Positions 51,017 through 62,566 are shown, counted from the first letter of the stretch. The stretch: DNA of 64,000 bases from Alphaproteobacteria bacterium (GCA_965200535.1 CBDAUF010000001.1:676436-740435); one strand, 5' to 3'. Notes: generated by a model not told the origin, from the letters alone. Numbers and translations: made by a program.

Positions 51017-51689
51017 CGGCCGCGGCCGCGATGTCGAGCAGGCCCTGCGCCGCACCCTGTTCCGCGGCGCGCTTCGAGTTGGCGCGCGCGCGCGCCGGCG
51101 CCAGCCCCTCGACGCGCGCCTCGACGGTGAATACCGGTGCGTGCGCGGGGCCTTCCGTCGCCAGCAGCGAATAGGACGGCCGCGGCAGGGCGCGTGCCTG
51201 GGCCCACTCCTGCAACGCCGTCTTGGCGTCGCGCGGCGGGCGCCCGCCGACCAACGGTTCCCAGAACGCCGCGACGACCGCCATCGCCGCGTCGTGGCCG
51301 CCGTCGCGGTACACCGCGCCGATGACGGCCTCGCAGCAATCCTCGATCATCGAGGGCGGGAGGGATCCGCGATCGAGCCCCTTTTCGATGCGCAGATGGT
51401 TCGAAAGTCCCAGGGCGCGGCCCACCGAGACAAGCGTTTCGTGGCCAGCGAGCCTGGCGTGGCGCCGGGCGAGATCGCCGGGCGCCTCCTCCGGATATGC
51501 TTTCACCAGCAAGGCGGCGAGGCCGAGGCCGATCACCCGGTCTCCGAGGAATTCGAGCCGCTCGAACGAGGTACGGCGGGATCCCCGGGCAGCGCTCGCG
51601 TGGGTCAACGCCTCCTCGAGCAGGGCGCGGTCCGCGAAGCGATAGCCCAGCGCGGCCTCGATTTCGTCCAGTGCGGCGGAGCCGGGCAA
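51009..51689 (-). CDS. rnc: Ribonuclease III
   Basis: ERLEFLGD, DAKTALQE dsRBD; start approximate. Confidence 0.94.
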   Translation of the reverse strand: MPGSAALDEIEAALGYRFADRALLEEALTHASAARGSRRTSFERLEFLGDRVIGLGLAALLVKAYPEEAPGDLARRHARLAGHETLVSVGRALGLSNHLRIEKGLDRGSLPPSMIEDCCEAVIGAVYRDGGHDAAMAVVAAFWEPLVGGRPPRDAKTALQEWAQARALPRPSYSLLATEGPAHAPVFTVEARVEGLAPARARANSKRAAEQGAAQGLLDIAAAAGG

Positions 51690-51691
51690 GC

Positions 51692-52432
51692 CTAGTCCAC
51701 GCTGTCGAAGAACCGCCCGAAACGGATCGTCGCGGGCCAGCGCCAGAATTCCCACAAGCTGGCCGAGCCGTCGATCGAGAAGAACAGGATCTCCGCCCGC
51801 CCGACCAGGTTCTGGGCCGGGATGAACCCGACGCCGCTCAGGACCCGGCTGTCGAGCGAGTTGTCGCGGTTGTCGCCCATCGCGAAGTAGTGCCCCTCGG
51901 GGACCACGTAGACCGGGGTGTTGTCGAGTTGGCCCTGATCGGTGTACTCGAGGACGCCGTACGACCGGCCGTTGGGCAGGGTCTCCTCGAACCGGGCGGC
52001 GCGCCGGATATGGCCCCGTTCGTCGACCTCGACAAAATCGGCGACCCTGCGCCGGGCGGTCTGCTGCCAGTTGATGAAGAGCCGCCCCGCGCGGACCTGA
52101 ATACGGTCGCCCGGCAGGCCGACGATGCGCTTGATGTAGTCGGTCTCGTTGTCGGACGGGAGCTTGAAGACCGCGATGTCGCCGCGCTCGGGATGAGACA
52201 TCAGGATGCGACCGGGGATCAGCGGCAGACTGAGCGGCAGCGAATGGCGGCTGTAGCCGTAGGAGTATTTGGACACGAACAAATAGTCGCCGACCAGCAG
52301 CGTCGGCTTCATCGACCCGGACGGAATATTGAACGGCTCGAACGCGACGGTCCGGACGACAAGCGCGATCAGCACCGCGTAGACGACGGTCTTGACCGTA
52401 TCCCAGAACTTTCCCGGCTTGCGGTCCGCCAC
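51692..52432 (-). CDS. lepB: Signal peptidase I
   Basis: IPSGSMKPTL, YIKR, GDNRDNSLDSR. Confidence 0.96.
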   Translation of the reverse strand: MADRKPGKFWDTVKTVVYAVLIALVVRTVAFEPFNIPSGSMKPTLLVGDYLFVSKYSYGYSRHSLPLSLPLIPGRILMSHPERGDIAVFKLPSDNETDYIKRIVGLPGDRIQVRAGRLFINWQQTARRRVADFVEVDERGHIRRAARFEETLPNGRSYGVLEYTDQGQLDNTPVYVVPEGHYFAMGDNRDNSLDSRVLSGVGFIPAQNLVGRAEILFFSIDGSASLWEFWRWPATIRFGRFFDSVD

Positions 52433-52437
52433 GGCGT

Positions 52438-52845
52438 CTATCCCGGCCCCGCCTCGACGGCGGAAATGACGACCATCGCGTGGGCCAGCGGCGGCTCGTC
52501 GGTCATCGTCAGGTCGACGGCAGCGATCATGCCCGCCGGCGTGAGCGCGCTGAGCCGGTCGGCAGCGCCGCCCGTCAGCGCCATCGTCGGCTTGCCGCCC
52601 GCAAGGTTGACGACCCCGAGATCGCGCCAGTAGACACCCCTGCGGAACCCGGTCCCCAGCGCCTTCGCGCAGGCCTCCTTGGCGGCGAAACGTTTGGCAT
52701 AGCTCGCCGCCCGTCCGCTGCGGCGCTCGGAACGCCGGCGTTCGGCCTCGGTGAACACGCGCGCGAGGAACCGGTCGCCGAAGCGGTCCAGCGTCCGCTC
52801 GATGCGCCGGATATCGACCAGGTCGGTGCCGATCCCGATGATCAC
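52438..52845 (-). CDS. acpS: Holo-ACP synthase
   Basis: [21 protein letters not shown]. Confidence 0.95.
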   Translation of the reverse strand: MIIGIGTDLVDIRRIERTLDRFGDRFLARVFTEAERRRSERRSGRAASYAKRFAAKEACAKALGTGFRRGVYWRDLGVVNLAGGKPTMALTGGAADRLSALTPAGMIAAVDLTMTDEPPLAHAMVVISAVEAGPG

Positions 52846-53606
52846 GCCTCCGGGTCCGCGCCCTCGCCCGCCGGCGGCCGGCGCGCTGCGTCCATCAGCG
52901 TCCGCATGTGTCGGATGGCGTCCTCGAGCCCACCGAAGATCGCCTCGCCGATCAGGAAATGGCCGATATTGAGTTCGACCAAAGTCGGAATGCGGGCGAT
53001 CGAGCCGACGGTATCGAAGGCGATGCCATGCCCGGCGTGGCCTTCGAGCCCGAATGCCTCGGCCGCCGCCGCGGCCTCCTCGATGCGCGCCAGTTCCGCC
53101 GGAGCGGTGTCGGCTCCGGCTTCGCAATAGGCGCCGGTGTGCAGTTCGACCACCGGTGCGGCGATCTCCACCGCCGCCTCGAGTTGCCGCGCATCCGGCT
53201 CGATGAACAGAGAGGTCCTGATCCCCGCGCCGTTGAGGGCATCGACGAAGCCGGCGAGGCGGTCGCGCCCGCCGGCGACGTCGAGCCCGCCCTCGGTGGT
53301 CCGCTCCGCCCGCCTTTCCGGCACGATGCACGCCGCGTGCGGGCGATGGCGGAGCGCGATGGCGAGCATCTCCTCGGTTGCCGCCATCTCGAGATTGAGC
53401 GGCAGGTCGATCTCGTGCGTAAGCCGCTCGATGTCGGCGTCCGTCATGTGCCGCCGGTCCTCGCGAAGGTGGGCGGTGATGCCGTCGGCGCCGGCGGATG
53501 CGGCGAGCCGCGCCGCGCGCACCGGGTCCGGGTGGCGGCCGCCGCGGGCGTTGCGGATGGTCGCCACGTGATCGATGTTGACGCCGAGTCTCAGTTGTCG
53601 GGGCAT
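52842..53606 (-). CDS. pdxJ: Pyridoxine 5'-phosphate synthase
   Basis: [34 protein letters not shown]. Confidence 0.96.
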   Translation of the reverse strand: MPRQLRLGVNIDHVATIRNARGGRHPDPVRAARLAASAGADGITAHLREDRRHMTDADIERLTHEIDLPLNLEMAATEEMLAIALRHRPHAACIVPERRAERTTEGGLDVAGGRDRLAGFVDALNGAGIRTSLFIEPDARQLEAAVEIAAPVVELHTGAYCEAGADTAPAELARIEEAAAAAEAFGLEGHAGHGIAFDTVGSIARIPTLVELNIGHFLIGEAIFGGLEDAIRHMRTLMDAARRPPAGEGADPEA

Positions 53607-53631
53607 GGCTGGTGTCCCCTGCGCCGGGCGT

Positions 53632-55803
53632 TCAGTACTGGCCGCTCGCACGGTCCACCGCGGTGACCGATGGGGTCGCGCGGAGTGCTGCGATGATGTC
53701 GGTCAGGTGAGCGGCGTCGGCGACCTCGATATCGAGCACCATCTCGAAGAAATCCGGCGTCCGGTTGGTAATTCTCAGATTGTTTATGTTGCCGAGATGG
53801 TTGCCGATCGCCGTCGTCAGGGTGCCGAGTGTGCCCGGCTGGTTCGAGACCACGATGGTTATGCGCCCGATATGGGAGTCGGCGCCGAGGGCGTCGATAT
53901 CCCAGGCCACGTCGAGCCATCTTTCCGGCGTCGCCTGAAAGCTCTCGAGGCTCTCGCAGTCCCGCGTGTGGATCGACACCCCCTTGCCGGCGGTGACGAT
54001 GCCGACGATCCGGTCGCCGGGCAGCGGGTGGCAGCAGTTGGCGTAATGGACCGCCATGCCGGGGATCAGCCCGCTGATCGGCACCGGGACCGCGTCGCCG
54101 GCGGGTTTGCGTTCGAAGGGAACCACATTGTTCGCCGCCGTCCCGCCGTCCCCGCCCTTGGCCACCCGCCGGCCGCGCCGCGTCCTCGGCGCGACGGCGG
54201 CGATGACCTGGGCGCCGGTGATCGATCCCTCGCCGACCGCGGCGTAGAGGTCGTCCTCGGTCTTGACGTCGAACCGGTCGAGAACCCGGCCGACCACGGC
54301 GGAAGACGGCTTGTAGCCGGCGTCCCGGTAGCCCTTCTCGAGGATCGCCCTGCCCAGCCTCACGAACTCCTCGCGCTGTTCGCTGCGGACGAAGCGCCGG
54401 ATGCGGGCCCGCGCCTTGCCGGTGACGACGATGTCCTCCCAGGCCGGAGACGGCGTGCCCGTCTTCGAGGTGACGATCTCGACCTGGTCGCCGTTCTCCA
54501 GCGGCGTGCGCAGCGGCAGCACACGGCCGTTGATCCTGGCGCCGACGCACCTGTCGCCGACCTCGGAATGGACGGCGTAGGCAAAATCGACCGGGGTCGC
54601 GCCGCGCGGCAGGGCGATCAGCTCGCCCGCCGGGGTGAAGCAGAATACCTGGTCCTGGAACATTTCGAGCTTGGTGTGCTCGAGAAACTCTTCCGGGCCG
54701 GAGGCCTGTTCGAGGATGTCCAGCAGGTGCCGCAGCCAGCGATATTGCCGTCCCTCGGTGCTCGTCCTGTCCTGTTTGTAGCGCCAGTGGGCGGCGACGC
54801 CGTACTCGGCGGCCTCGTGCATCTGACGGGTGCGGATCTGGACCTCGATCCGGCGGTTCTCCGGTCCGATGACGCAGGTGTGGAGCGACCGGTAACCGTT
54901 CATCTTCGGCGTCGAGATGTAATCGTCGAATTGGTCGGGAACCACGGCGTAAGCGGTGTGGATGATGCCGAGCGCGCGATAGCACTCCTCGACGGTCGCA
55001 ACGACGATGCGAAATGCCACGACGTCGGAAAGCTGGTCGAAGACGACGTTCTTGCGCTGCATCTTGCGCCACACTGAATAGGCGGGCTTGATCCGGCCGG
55101 ACACTTCGGCCGGCAGTCCGGCGTCGGAGAGGGCCTCCCGCAACCGCTCGACCACATTGGGGATCAGGTCGCCCGACGCCTCGCGAAGCTGGCTCATGCG
55201 CTTGCCGATGGTCGCCGCGGCGTCCGGATAGAGCTGCGCAAACGCGAGTTCGTCGAGCTCGTCCTTGACCTCCAGCATGCCGATGCGCTCGGCCAGCGGC
55301 GCATAGATCTCCATGGTTTCGGCGGCGATGCGCTGGCGCTTCTTCCGCTGCGGCACGTGGTGAAGGGTGCGCATGTTGTGCAGGCGGTCCGCGAGCTTGA
55401 CGAGGAGCACGCGGATGTCCTGCGAGGTGGCGAGCAGCAGCTTGCGGAAGTTCTCGGCCTGGCGCGTGTCGTCGGACTGGAGTTCGAGCAGCGAAAGCTT
55501 GGTCACCCCGTCGACCAGACGCCCGACCTCCGCCCCGAACAGGGCCTCGATCTCGGCGAGCGTGGCGACGGTGTCTTCCACCGTATCGTGGAGAAGGCCG
55601 GTGACGATCGAAGCGCAGTCGAGCTTGAGCTCCGAAAGGATGCCGGCGACCTCGACCGGGTGCGAGAAATAGGGATCTCCGGAGGCGCGTGTCTGGCTGC
55701 CGTGCGCCTTCATCGAGAACACGTAGGCGCGGTTCAGCGCTCCCTCGTCCGCAGACGGATCGTAGGCCTTGACCCTTTCGACAAGTTCATATTGCCGGAT
55801 CAT
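53632..55803 (-). CDS. spoT: Bifunctional (p)ppGpp synthetase/hydrolase
   Basis: [31 protein letters not shown] and ACT domains. Confidence 0.95.
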   Translation of the reverse strand: MIRQYELVERVKAYDPSADEGALNRAYVFSMKAHGSQTRASGDPYFSHPVEVAGILSELKLDCASIVTGLLHDTVEDTVATLAEIEALFGAEVGRLVDGVTKLSLLELQSDDTRQAENFRKLLLATSQDIRVLLVKLADRLHNMRTLHHVPQRKKRQRIAAETMEIYAPLAERIGMLEVKDELDELAFAQLYPDAAATIGKRMSQLREASGDLIPNVVERLREALSDAGLPAEVSGRIKPAYSVWRKMQRKNVVFDQLSDVVAFRIVVATVEECYRALGIIHTAYAVVPDQFDDYISTPKMNGYRSLHTCVIGPENRRIEVQIRTRQMHEAAEYGVAAHWRYKQDRTSTEGRQYRWLRHLLDILEQASGPEEFLEHTKLEMFQDQVFCFTPAGELIALPRGATPVDFAYAVHSEVGDRCVGARINGRVLPLRTPLENGDQVEIVTSKTGTPSPAWEDIVVTGKARARIRRFVRSEQREEFVRLGRAILEKGYRDAGYKPSSAVVGRVLDRFDVKTEDDLYAAVGEGSITGAQVIAAVAPRTRRGRRVAKGGDGGTAANNVVPFERKPAGDAVPVPISGLIPGMAVHYANCCHPLPGDRIVGIVTAGKGVSIHTRDCESLESFQATPERWLDVAWDIDALGADSHIGRITIVVSNQPGTLGTLTTAIGNHLGNINNLRITNRTPDFFEMVLDIEVADAAHLTDIIAALRATPSVTAVDRASGQY

Positions 55804-55912
55804 TGCGCCGGGCCATCGAGGTTCGCCGCGGTATCGGCATCTTCACGCGTACTGTTCCTGCGCGCCGCTGGACGGGCACCTCCGACGGAGCGGTCGGCGG
55901 CGGATACGCCGG

Positions 55913-56350
55913 TCAGATGTCTTCCGGCGGCCGGCCGCTCTCCTCGCTTTTCGCCTCGGCGTCCGAAATGTCCTGGAATGCGACCATCGCGGGGCCCGCA
56001 TCCCCACCTTCCGACGGTGTGGCCGGTGTGGCGACGGTGTCGGGAAAACCCAGGCGCACGAAGTCGGCGAACGCGTCTTCCGTCCCGAGGAAGGCATCGC
56101 CCTCCTCCTCCGGTTCGTCGATATCGACGTATTTCTGCAGACCGCGGACCAGGGAGGTCTCGATTTCCTCGGTGTCGACGGTCTCCTCGGCGATCTCGCG
56201 CAGCGCCACCACCGGGTTCTTGTCATTGTCGCGATCGACGGTCATTTCGGCCCCGATCGACAGTTCGCGCGAACGCTGGGCCGCCACCATGACCAGTTGA
56301 AAGCGGTTGGGAATCTTCAGGATGCAGTCTTCTACGGTAACTCGCGCCAT
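55913..56350 (-). CDS. rpoZ: RNA polymerase omega subunit
   Basis: [24 protein letters not shown]. Confidence 0.95.
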   Translation of the reverse strand: MARVTVEDCILKIPNRFQLVMVAAQRSRELSIGAEMTVDRDNDKNPVVALREIAEETVDTEEIETSLVRGLQKYVDIDEPEEEGDAFLGTEDAFADFVRLGFPDTVATPATPSEGGDAGPAMVAFQDISDAEAKSEESGRPPEDI

Positions 56351-56419
56351 CGAGCTTCGCTCTCCGATTTCGTGTGTGACAGGGTATATAGGGGCGAATG
56401 ACGCGATTATCAAGCAATA

Positions 56420-57025
56420 TCAATAACATCGAGAGGACGCGGAGATGTCGGGGCCGAGCCGGATGCAGCGTTGTCCCGGCGGCAACGATGAAATCAGGTC
56501 CGGCAGCGTCCGGCCGCTCCGGGGGTGCCGCCATCCGGCGGCCAGGTCGGCCAGCGGCAGGACCACAAAGGCGCGCTCCTCGAGCCTCGGATGCGGCAGG
56601 ACGAGTCCGCCGCCGGCCGGATCGGGCCCGCAGCAGAGCCCGCGATAGTCGATCAGATCGAGATCGATGATCCGCGCTTCGTTGCGCCGCGTCCGGGTCC
56701 GTCCGAGCCGGTCTTCGACGGCATGAAGCGCAGCCAGTAGATCCCATGGAGAAAGCGCGGTCTCGACCCGCACGACGCCGTTGATGAAATCGGGCTGACC
56801 GGACGGCGGCAACGGGGCGGAACGATACCACGGCGACCGCGCGGCGACCGAGACGGCGCGGCCGTGCAACGCGGACAGCGCCCGTTCGCAGCATTCCTGC
56901 GGCGAGCCTCCCGCGGCCATCGGCAGATTGGATCCGACGGCGACAAAGATTCCCTCGCCGCCGCCATCGCTGCCATGCAAATTTGCCGTATTTCCTGTCG
57001 CGGGCGGTATTCTATCCTGCTGCAT
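56420..57025 (-). CDS. folK: 2-amino-4-hydroxy-6-hydroxymethyldihydropteridine diphosphokinase
   Basis: VGSNL, RIIDLDL, PHPRLEERAFVVLPL. Confidence 0.93.
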   Translation of the reverse strand: MQQDRIPPATGNTANLHGSDGGGEGIFVAVGSNLPMAAGGSPQECCERALSALHGRAVSVAARSPWYRSAPLPPSGQPDFINGVVRVETALSPWDLLAALHAVEDRLGRTRTRRNEARIIDLDLIDYRGLCCGPDPAGGGLVLPHPRLEERAFVVLPLADLAAGWRHPRSGRTLPDLISSLPPGQRCIRLGPDISASSRCY

Positions 57026-57155
57026 GGCGTCAGTGGTCTCGAAACACGTTTTAAGAGAGTCGCCGACCGGATTTGCAAGCCATGATAACGGCGGCTAGAC
57101 TGCAAAGACACCCGGCCCCGGCGGGGGCAGACTCGGAAAGGTTGGCACGAAACCC

Positions 57156-57749
57156 ATGAAATTTCACCCGCAGGAACGCTTGGCCATGTTCATCGACGGC
57201 TCGAACCTCTACTCGACGGCTCGGGCCCTCGGCTTCGATATCGACTACAAGAACCTGCTGGAATTTTTTTCCGCCCAAGGGCGGCTGGTACGGGCCTTTT
57301 ACTACACCGCCCTGCTCGACGATCAGGAATACTCGCCGATCCGCCCGCTTGTCGACTGGCTCGACTATAACGGCTACACGCTCGTCACCAAGCCGACGAA
57401 AGAATTCACGGACACGCTGGGACGCCGGAAAATCAAGGGGAACATGGACATCGAACTGGCCATCGACATGATGGAGATCGCCGAGAAGGTGGACCATGTC
57501 GTCCTGTTTTCCGGAGACGGCGATTTCCGCCGGCTCATCGAGGCGGTCCAGCGGCGGGCGGTGCGCGCCAGCGTGGTCAGCACGCTGCGATCCTCGCCGC
57601 CGATGGTGGCCGACGAGTTGCGCCGCCAGGCCGACGCGTTCATCGACCTGCACGACCTGATGCCGCACATCGCCCGCGCGCCGCGCCAGGTCGAAACCCG
57701 CGCCCCGGCACCGGCCCGGCCGCATTTCGATTCCGCCGATACGGCCTGA
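57156..57749 (+). CDS. NYN domain (LabA/DUF88) protein
   Basis: FIDGSN, KGNMDIELAID, SGDGDF. Confidence 0.92.
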   Translation: MKFHPQERLAMFIDGSNLYSTARALGFDIDYKNLLEFFSAQGRLVRAFYYTALLDDQEYSPIRPLVDWLDYNGYTLVTKPTKEFTDTLGRRKIKGNMDIELAIDMMEIAEKVDHVVLFSGDGDFRRLIEAVQRRAVRASVVSTLRSSPPMVADELRRQADAFIDLHDLMPHIARAPRQVETRAPAPARPHFDSADTA

Positions 57750-57764
57750 TCGGGCGGCGCGACG

Positions 57765-58412
57765 ATGGCCGGGATAACCGAGCCGCCGCGGGATTGCGGT
57801 CTCTGCCCCCGTCTGGCCGGGTTCCGGGACCGTCAGCGGGCCGCGGAACCGGACTGGCACAACGCGCCGGTCCCCTCTTTCGGGCCGCTCGATGCCCGGC
57901 TCCTCATCGTCGGCCTCGCGCCGGGGCTGCGCGGCGCCAACCGGACGGGACGGCCGTTTACCGGCGATTCCGCGGGCAATCTGCTTTACGCGACGCTCAT
58001 CGACTGCGGTTTTGCTTCCGGACGCTACGACATGCGGGTCGACGACGGTCTGACCCTGATCGACTGCCGGGTGACCAACGCGGTGCGGTGCGTACCGCCG
58101 CAGAACCGGCCGCTGGGGGCGGAGACGAATACGTGCCGCTCCTTTCTCGAGAGCGAAATCGCCGCGATGCGCCATCTCTCCGTCGTGCTGGCGCTGGGCG
58201 GCCTTGCCCATAACTCGATCGTGCGCGCATTCGGCCGCCGGCCGGCCGAGTTCAAATTCGCCCACGGCGTCGCGCATGTGCTCGAGGACGGCGGACCGAC
58301 CCTCATCGACAGCTATCACTGCTCGCGATACAACGTGAACACCGGCCGGTTGACCGAAGACATGTTCCGATACGCGTTCGCCGCCGTGCGGGAAGCGCTG
58401 AACCGGGGTTAG
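57765..58412 (+). CDS. Uracil-DNA glycosylase (family 5-like)
   Basis: CGLCPRL, GLAPGLRGANRTGRPFTGD, RCVPP, SYHCS. Confidence 0.9.
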   Translation: MAGITEPPRDCGLCPRLAGFRDRQRAAEPDWHNAPVPSFGPLDARLLIVGLAPGLRGANRTGRPFTGDSAGNLLYATLIDCGFASGRYDMRVDDGLTLIDCRVTNAVRCVPPQNRPLGAETNTCRSFLESEIAAMRHLSVVLALGGLAHNSIVRAFGRRPAEFKFAHGVAHVLEDGGPTLIDSYHCSRYNVNTGRLTEDMFRYAFAAVREALNRG

Positions 58413-58431
58413 GGGCGGGGGCGCAGCCGGT

Positions 58432-59109
58432 TCAGCCGTAACGCTGTTCGGCCCAGGGATCGCCGTCGTTGTGGTAACCGCGGGCTTCCCAGAAGCCCGG
58501 CGCGTCGTCTCGCCGGAATTCGATCCGCTTCACCCATTTGGCGCTCTTCCAGAAATACCATTTCGGGATCACGACGCGGACCGGGCCGCCGTGCGCAGGC
58601 GCCAGCGGCGCCCCGTTCCACGAATGGGCGAGAAGCACATCCTCGTCGGCGAACCGGTCGATGCGCACGTTGGTCGTATAGCCGTCGTGGCTGTGGAAAA
58701 CGCAAAAGCGCGCCTCTTCCTTGGGGCGGACGGCGTCGAGCAGACAGGCGACATGGACGCCGGTCCACACATTGTCGAACCGCGACCAGCCGGTGACGCA
58801 GTGGATGTCGCTGGTCAGGGTGACCTGGGGAAGAGCGGTGAAGCTCTCCCAGTCCCAGACCGCGGGCAGCGCAACCAGCCCGTCGATAGCGAGGCGCCAT
58901 TCGGCGGGTTCGATCTCGGGCCGGACGCCAAGATCGAGAACCGGCCAGCTCGTCACCTCGCGCTGCCCGGGCGGCAGGCGGGCGGAGGACCTTGCACGGG
59001 ACAGATCGGCATCCCCGGCGCCCGGTCGTCCGTCGTGCGCCCATTCCTGCTTGCGCCGCACCAGCTTCTCGCGATAGCCGGCGAGGCGGCTCGGATCGTC
59101 GGCCGTCAT
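58432..59109 (-). CDS. Sulfite oxidase-like molybdoenzyme (YuiH-like)
   Basis: RLPPGQ, DIHCVTGWS, HGGPVR, WKSAKW, GFWE..GYH. Confidence 0.88.
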   Translation of the reverse strand: MTADDPSRLAGYREKLVRRKQEWAHDGRPGAGDADLSRARSSARLPPGQREVTSWPVLDLGVRPEIEPAEWRLAIDGLVALPAVWDWESFTALPQVTLTSDIHCVTGWSRFDNVWTGVHVACLLDAVRPKEEARFCVFHSHDGYTTNVRIDRFADEDVLLAHSWNGAPLAPAHGGPVRVVIPKWYFWKSAKWVKRIEFRRDDAPGFWEARGYHNDGDPWAEQRYG

Positions 59110-59110
59110 G

Positions 59111-59575
59111 CTATTCCTTGCCCCGCAGCAAGCGCGCCTGTTCGCGCTGCCAGTCGCGCTTCTTCTCGGTCTCCCGCTTGTCGTACTTGCGCTTGCCGTG
59201 AGCGAGGCCGAGTTCGAGCTTGGCGATCCCGCGGTCGTTGAAATAGAGCTTGAGCGGGACCATGGTCGCGCCGTCGCGCTGCACCGCGCCGAGCAGGCGG
59301 TCGATCTGGCGGCGCTGCAGCAGCAGTTTGCGCGGCCGCCCGGGATCGTGGCCCGCCCGGCCCGCCTGTTCGTACTCGGCGATATGCGCGTTGACGAGGA
59401 AGATCTCGCGTTCGACCGGCCGCGCGTAGGCTTCAGCGATATTGGCGCGCCCGGCGCGCAGCGATTTTACCTCGCTGCCGGTGAGTTGGATCCCGGCTTC
59501 GAGCGAGGACTCGATCGAGTAGCTGCGCCGCGCCTTGCGGTTCTCCGCGGCGATCCGGTTCGCACTCCGCGCCAT
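59111..59575 (-). CDS. smpB: SsrA-binding protein
   Basis: [29 protein letters not shown]. Confidence 0.96.
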   Translation of the reverse strand: MARSANRIAAENRKARRSYSIESSLEAGIQLTGSEVKSLRAGRANIAEAYARPVEREIFLVNAHIAEYEQAGRAGHDPGRPRKLLLQRRQIDRLLGAVQRDGATMVPLKLYFNDRGIAKLELGLAHGKRKYDKRETEKKRDWQREQARLLRGKE

Positions 59576-59579
59576 GCCG

Positions 59580-60455
59580 TCAATTGAGGAGCCCGGCGGA
59601 GCGCATCGCGGCTTCGACCGTACGCTTGGAGCTTTCGGCGATTTCGCAAAGCGGCAAACGCGTGTCGGGCAGGCACTTCCCGAGCAGGCTCGCGCCGTAC
59701 TTGACGGGGCCCGGGCTCGACTCGCAGAACAGGCCCGAATGGAGCGGCATCAGCCGCTCGTTGATGCGCTGCGCGGTGTCGGTCTCCTTCTCCCGCCAGG
59801 CGCGGTGCATATCCGACATTTCTTTCGGAGCCAGGTTGGCGGTCACCGAAATGCAGCCGTCCCCGCCCTGGGCGAGGAAGCCGAGCTGGGTCACATCCTC
59901 GCCTGAGAGCTGGCAGAAACCGGGGCCGGCGGCGAGGCGCTGCCGGGTTGCGCGCGATACGTCGGCGGTCGCGTCCTTCACCCCGACGATATTGGGCAGG
60001 GCGGCAAGCCGGGCCATGGTCTCGACCGTCATGTCGATGATGCAGCGCCCGGGTATGTTGTAGATGATGATCGGCAGATCGACCGCATCGTTGATTGCCT
60101 TGTAGTGGCGGTAGAGCCCTTCCTGGGTGGGCTTGTTGTAGTAGGGCGTGACCACCAGGGCCGCGTCGGCGCCGGCCTCCTTGGCATGGCGGGTAAGCTC
60201 GATCGCCTCTTCCGTCGAGTTCGAACCGGTGCCGGCGATAACCGGTACCCGATCCTTGGCGACGCCGAGGCAGATTTCCGTCACCCGCCGGTGTTCGTCA
60301 TGGCTGAGCGTGGGCGACTCCCCGGTCGTCCCGCACGGCACGACGCCATCGGTGCCTTCCTCGATCTGCCAGTCGATGAAGGCCGCATATGCCTTCTCGT
60401 CGACGGCGCCGTCCCGGAACGGGGTGATCAACGCACAGATGGAGCCGTTGAACAT
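59580..60455 (-). CDS. dapA: 4-hydroxy-tetrahydrodipicolinate synthase
   Basis: GTTGES, PYYNKP, YNIPGR, GVKDA. Confidence 0.96.
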   Translation of the reverse strand: MFNGSICALITPFRDGAVDEKAYAAFIDWQIEEGTDGVVPCGTTGESPTLSHDEHRRVTEICLGVAKDRVPVIAGTGSNSTEEAIELTRHAKEAGADAALVVTPYYNKPTQEGLYRHYKAINDAVDLPIIIYNIPGRCIIDMTVETMARLAALPNIVGVKDATADVSRATRQRLAAGPGFCQLSGEDVTQLGFLAQGGDGCISVTANLAPKEMSDMHRAWREKETDTAQRINERLMPLHSGLFCESSPGPVKYGASLLGKCLPDTRLPLCEIAESSKRTVEAAMRSAGLLN

Positions 60456-60736
60456 CGTGACCTCCGGCAAGGGGTGCACCGCCGCACCAGCGCGGCCCGC
60501 ACCCGGACAAACTACTCCCGGCCCATGTGCCGGGCAAGCGGCGGCCCCGGTTCAGGACCTACGGGATGCGGCGAGGCCGTTGGCTGCTGTCACGGCCGGG
60601 CACGGAATCTTCTCCCGGCTGTCTGTTTCGCACCGACAAACCTAGGGTCCGCCCACCCCTCTCTCATATCCGTTCGAATCCCGTCAGAACCCGATCGTTT
60701 GTGGACACGACGCCCGCCAGTGGCCACAAACGGGCG

Positions 60737-61423
60737 GTGCAGCCCGAACTCAGCATCGTCATCCCTGCACTGAACGCAGCCTCGACGCTGGCGCGGACGC
60801 TTGACGCCCTAGGCGGGCCCGTAGCGGGGCGCGCAAGCGAAATTCTCGTCGTCGACGGCGGCTCGTCGGACGGCACCGCCCGGATCGCCGGCATGCGCGG
60901 CGCACGGGTTGTCAAAACCGCCCCTGGGCGGGGGGTGCAACTCGCCGAGGGGGCACGGCGGGCGCGGGGGAGCTGGCTGCTCTTCCTCCACGCCGACACT
61001 GTTCCGGAGGAGGGCTGGGCGGCTGCGGTCGCCGCCCATTGCGGCGATCCGGACAACGAACGGCGTGCGGCCGTGTTCCGTTTCGCACTCGACGACCGCG
61101 CGCGCGCGGCGCGGCGGCTGGAGGCGATCGTCGCCTGGCGCACACGCGTCCTCGGCCTGCCCTACGGCGATCAGGGGCTGCTGATGTCACGCGCGTTCTA
61201 CGATGCGCTCGGCGGGTTTCGTCCGCTGGTCCTCATGGAAGACGTCGACATCGTCCGGCGCATCGGCCGCCGGCGCATCGATACGCTGGACGTCGCGGCC
61301 GTGACTTCGGCGGAACGGTATCGGCGGAGCGGCTATCTGAGGCGCCCTGCCCGCAATCTCTTATGCCTCGGCCTCTACTTCCTCGGCGTGCCGCCCTCCG
61401 CCGTCGCGCGGCTCTACCGATGA
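60737..61423 (+). CDS. GT2 glycosyltransferase, TIGR04283-like
   Basis: SIVIPALN, VDGGSSD, FLHAD, PYGDQGL, MEDV, TSAERY. Confidence 0.85.
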   Translation: MQPELSIVIPALNAASTLARTLDALGGPVAGRASEILVVDGGSSDGTARIAGMRGARVVKTAPGRGVQLAEGARRARGSWLLFLHADTVPEEGWAAAVAAHCGDPDNERRAAVFRFALDDRARAARRLEAIVAWRTRVLGLPYGDQGLLMSRAFYDALGGFRPLVLMEDVDIVRRIGRRRIDTLDVAAVTSAERYRRSGYLRRPARNLLCLGLYFLGVPPSAVARLYR

Positions 61424-62049
61424 GGAGGCGCCCCAGGCTCTACGTATTGGTCCGCGCACCGGCGCTCGGCGCTGTCAAGCGGCGCCTGGCCGCGGGGATC
61501 GGCCCGGTCGAGGCGCTCCGCTTCTACCGCACGGCGACGGAGGGGATCCTGCGGCGTATCGGGCGCGATACCCGCTGGGACACGATCCTTGCCGTGACGC
61601 CGGACCGTATGGATCGCAGTGCATCGCCGTGGCCTGCCGGACTTGCGCGGGTCGGGCAGGGCAGCGGCGACCTCGGCGCGCGGTTGGGGCGGCTGCTGGC
61701 GCGCGATCCGACGCAGCCGGTGGCAATCGTCGGCAGCGACATTCCGGAACTTGCGCCCCGCCACGTCATGCGGGCGTTTGCCGCACTGCGCGGCGCCGAC
61801 GTCGTTTTCGGCCCGGCGGCGGACGGCGGGTACTGGCTGATCGGGCGGCGTCCTGGGCTGCCGATACGCGGTCCGCGCGGCCTGTTCGACGGCGTGCGCT
61901 GGTCGAGCCCCGAGGCGCTCGCCGACACCCGCGCGAACGTCCCCTCCGGAAAGCGGGTCGTGCTGCTCGACGTCCTCGAGGACGTGGACGAGGCGGAAGA
62001 TTATGCGCGTTGGCGCCTCAGGCGGAACGCCCGGCGCGGTGTTCGTTGA
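61420..62049 (+). CDS. TIGR04282/DUF2064-like transferase
   Basis: VKRRL, QGSGDLG, VGSDIP, GPAADGGYWLIG, DVD; ATGA-coupled to upstream GT. Confidence 0.85.
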   Translation: MRRRPRLYVLVRAPALGAVKRRLAAGIGPVEALRFYRTATEGILRRIGRDTRWDTILAVTPDRMDRSASPWPAGLARVGQGSGDLGARLGRLLARDPTQPVAIVGSDIPELAPRHVMRAFAALRGADVVFGPAADGGYWLIGRRPGLPIRGPRGLFDGVRWSSPEALADTRANVPSGKRVVLLDVLEDVDEAEDYARWRLRRNARRGVR

Positions 62050-62566
62050 GCCGCGGCATCAACTCGACGAAGTTGCAGGGTTTGTGGCGGATGTCGAGTT
62101 GGTGGACCAGGATCTCGTCCCATGCGTCGCGGCATGCGCCGGTCGATCCCGGCACGGCGAACAGGTAGGTGCCGCCGGCGACCCCCGCCGTTGCCCGCGA
62201 CTGGATGGTGGAACTGCCGATTTTTCCGTAACTCACCATCCGGAACAGCTCGCCGAAACCCGCTATCTCCTTCTCGAACACGGCGTGGAACGCCTCCGGT
62301 GTCACGTCCCGCCCCGTGACCCCGGTGCCGCCGGTCGCGATCACCGCATCCACCCCCGGGTCGGCGACCCATTTCCTGAGTTGGGCTTCGATGGCTGCAC
62401 GGTCGTCGCGCACGATGCGCTTGTCTGCCAGACGGTGGCCGGCTGTCTCCAGCCTTTCGACCAGCGTTGCACCGGATCTGTCGGTCTCCTCCGTCCGCGT
62501 GTCGGAGACCGTCATCACCGCGATGTTGATCGCCGCAAAAGGGATCGATTGGTCAATTCCGTGCAT
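62018..62566 (-). CDS. moaB: Molybdenum cofactor biosynthesis protein B
   Basis: TVSDTR, TGGTGVTGRDVTPEA, QSRA, PGS. Confidence 0.93.
   Translation of the reverse strand: MHGIDQSIPFAAINIAVMTVSDTRTEETDRSGATLVERLETAGHRLADKRIVRDDRAAIEAQLRKWVADPGVDAVIATGGTGVTGRDVTPEAFHAVFEKEIAGFGELFRMVSYGKIGSSTIQSRATAGVAGGTYLFAVPGSTGACRDAWDEILVHQLDIRHKPCNFVELMPRLNEHRAGRSA

Noticed and set aside
55913-56150. Acidic C-terminal tail of RpoZ
   Set aside because: Normal for alphaproteobacterial omega subunits.
57156-57749. NYN nuclease as a defence or toxin system
   Set aside because: Sits in the standard alphaproteobacterial folK-NYN-udg-smpB core synteny.
60456-60736. Riboswitch or ncRNA upstream of dapA
   Set aside because: No lysine-riboswitch or other recognisable RNA motif seen; an Rfam/Infernal scan would be needed to exclude it fully.
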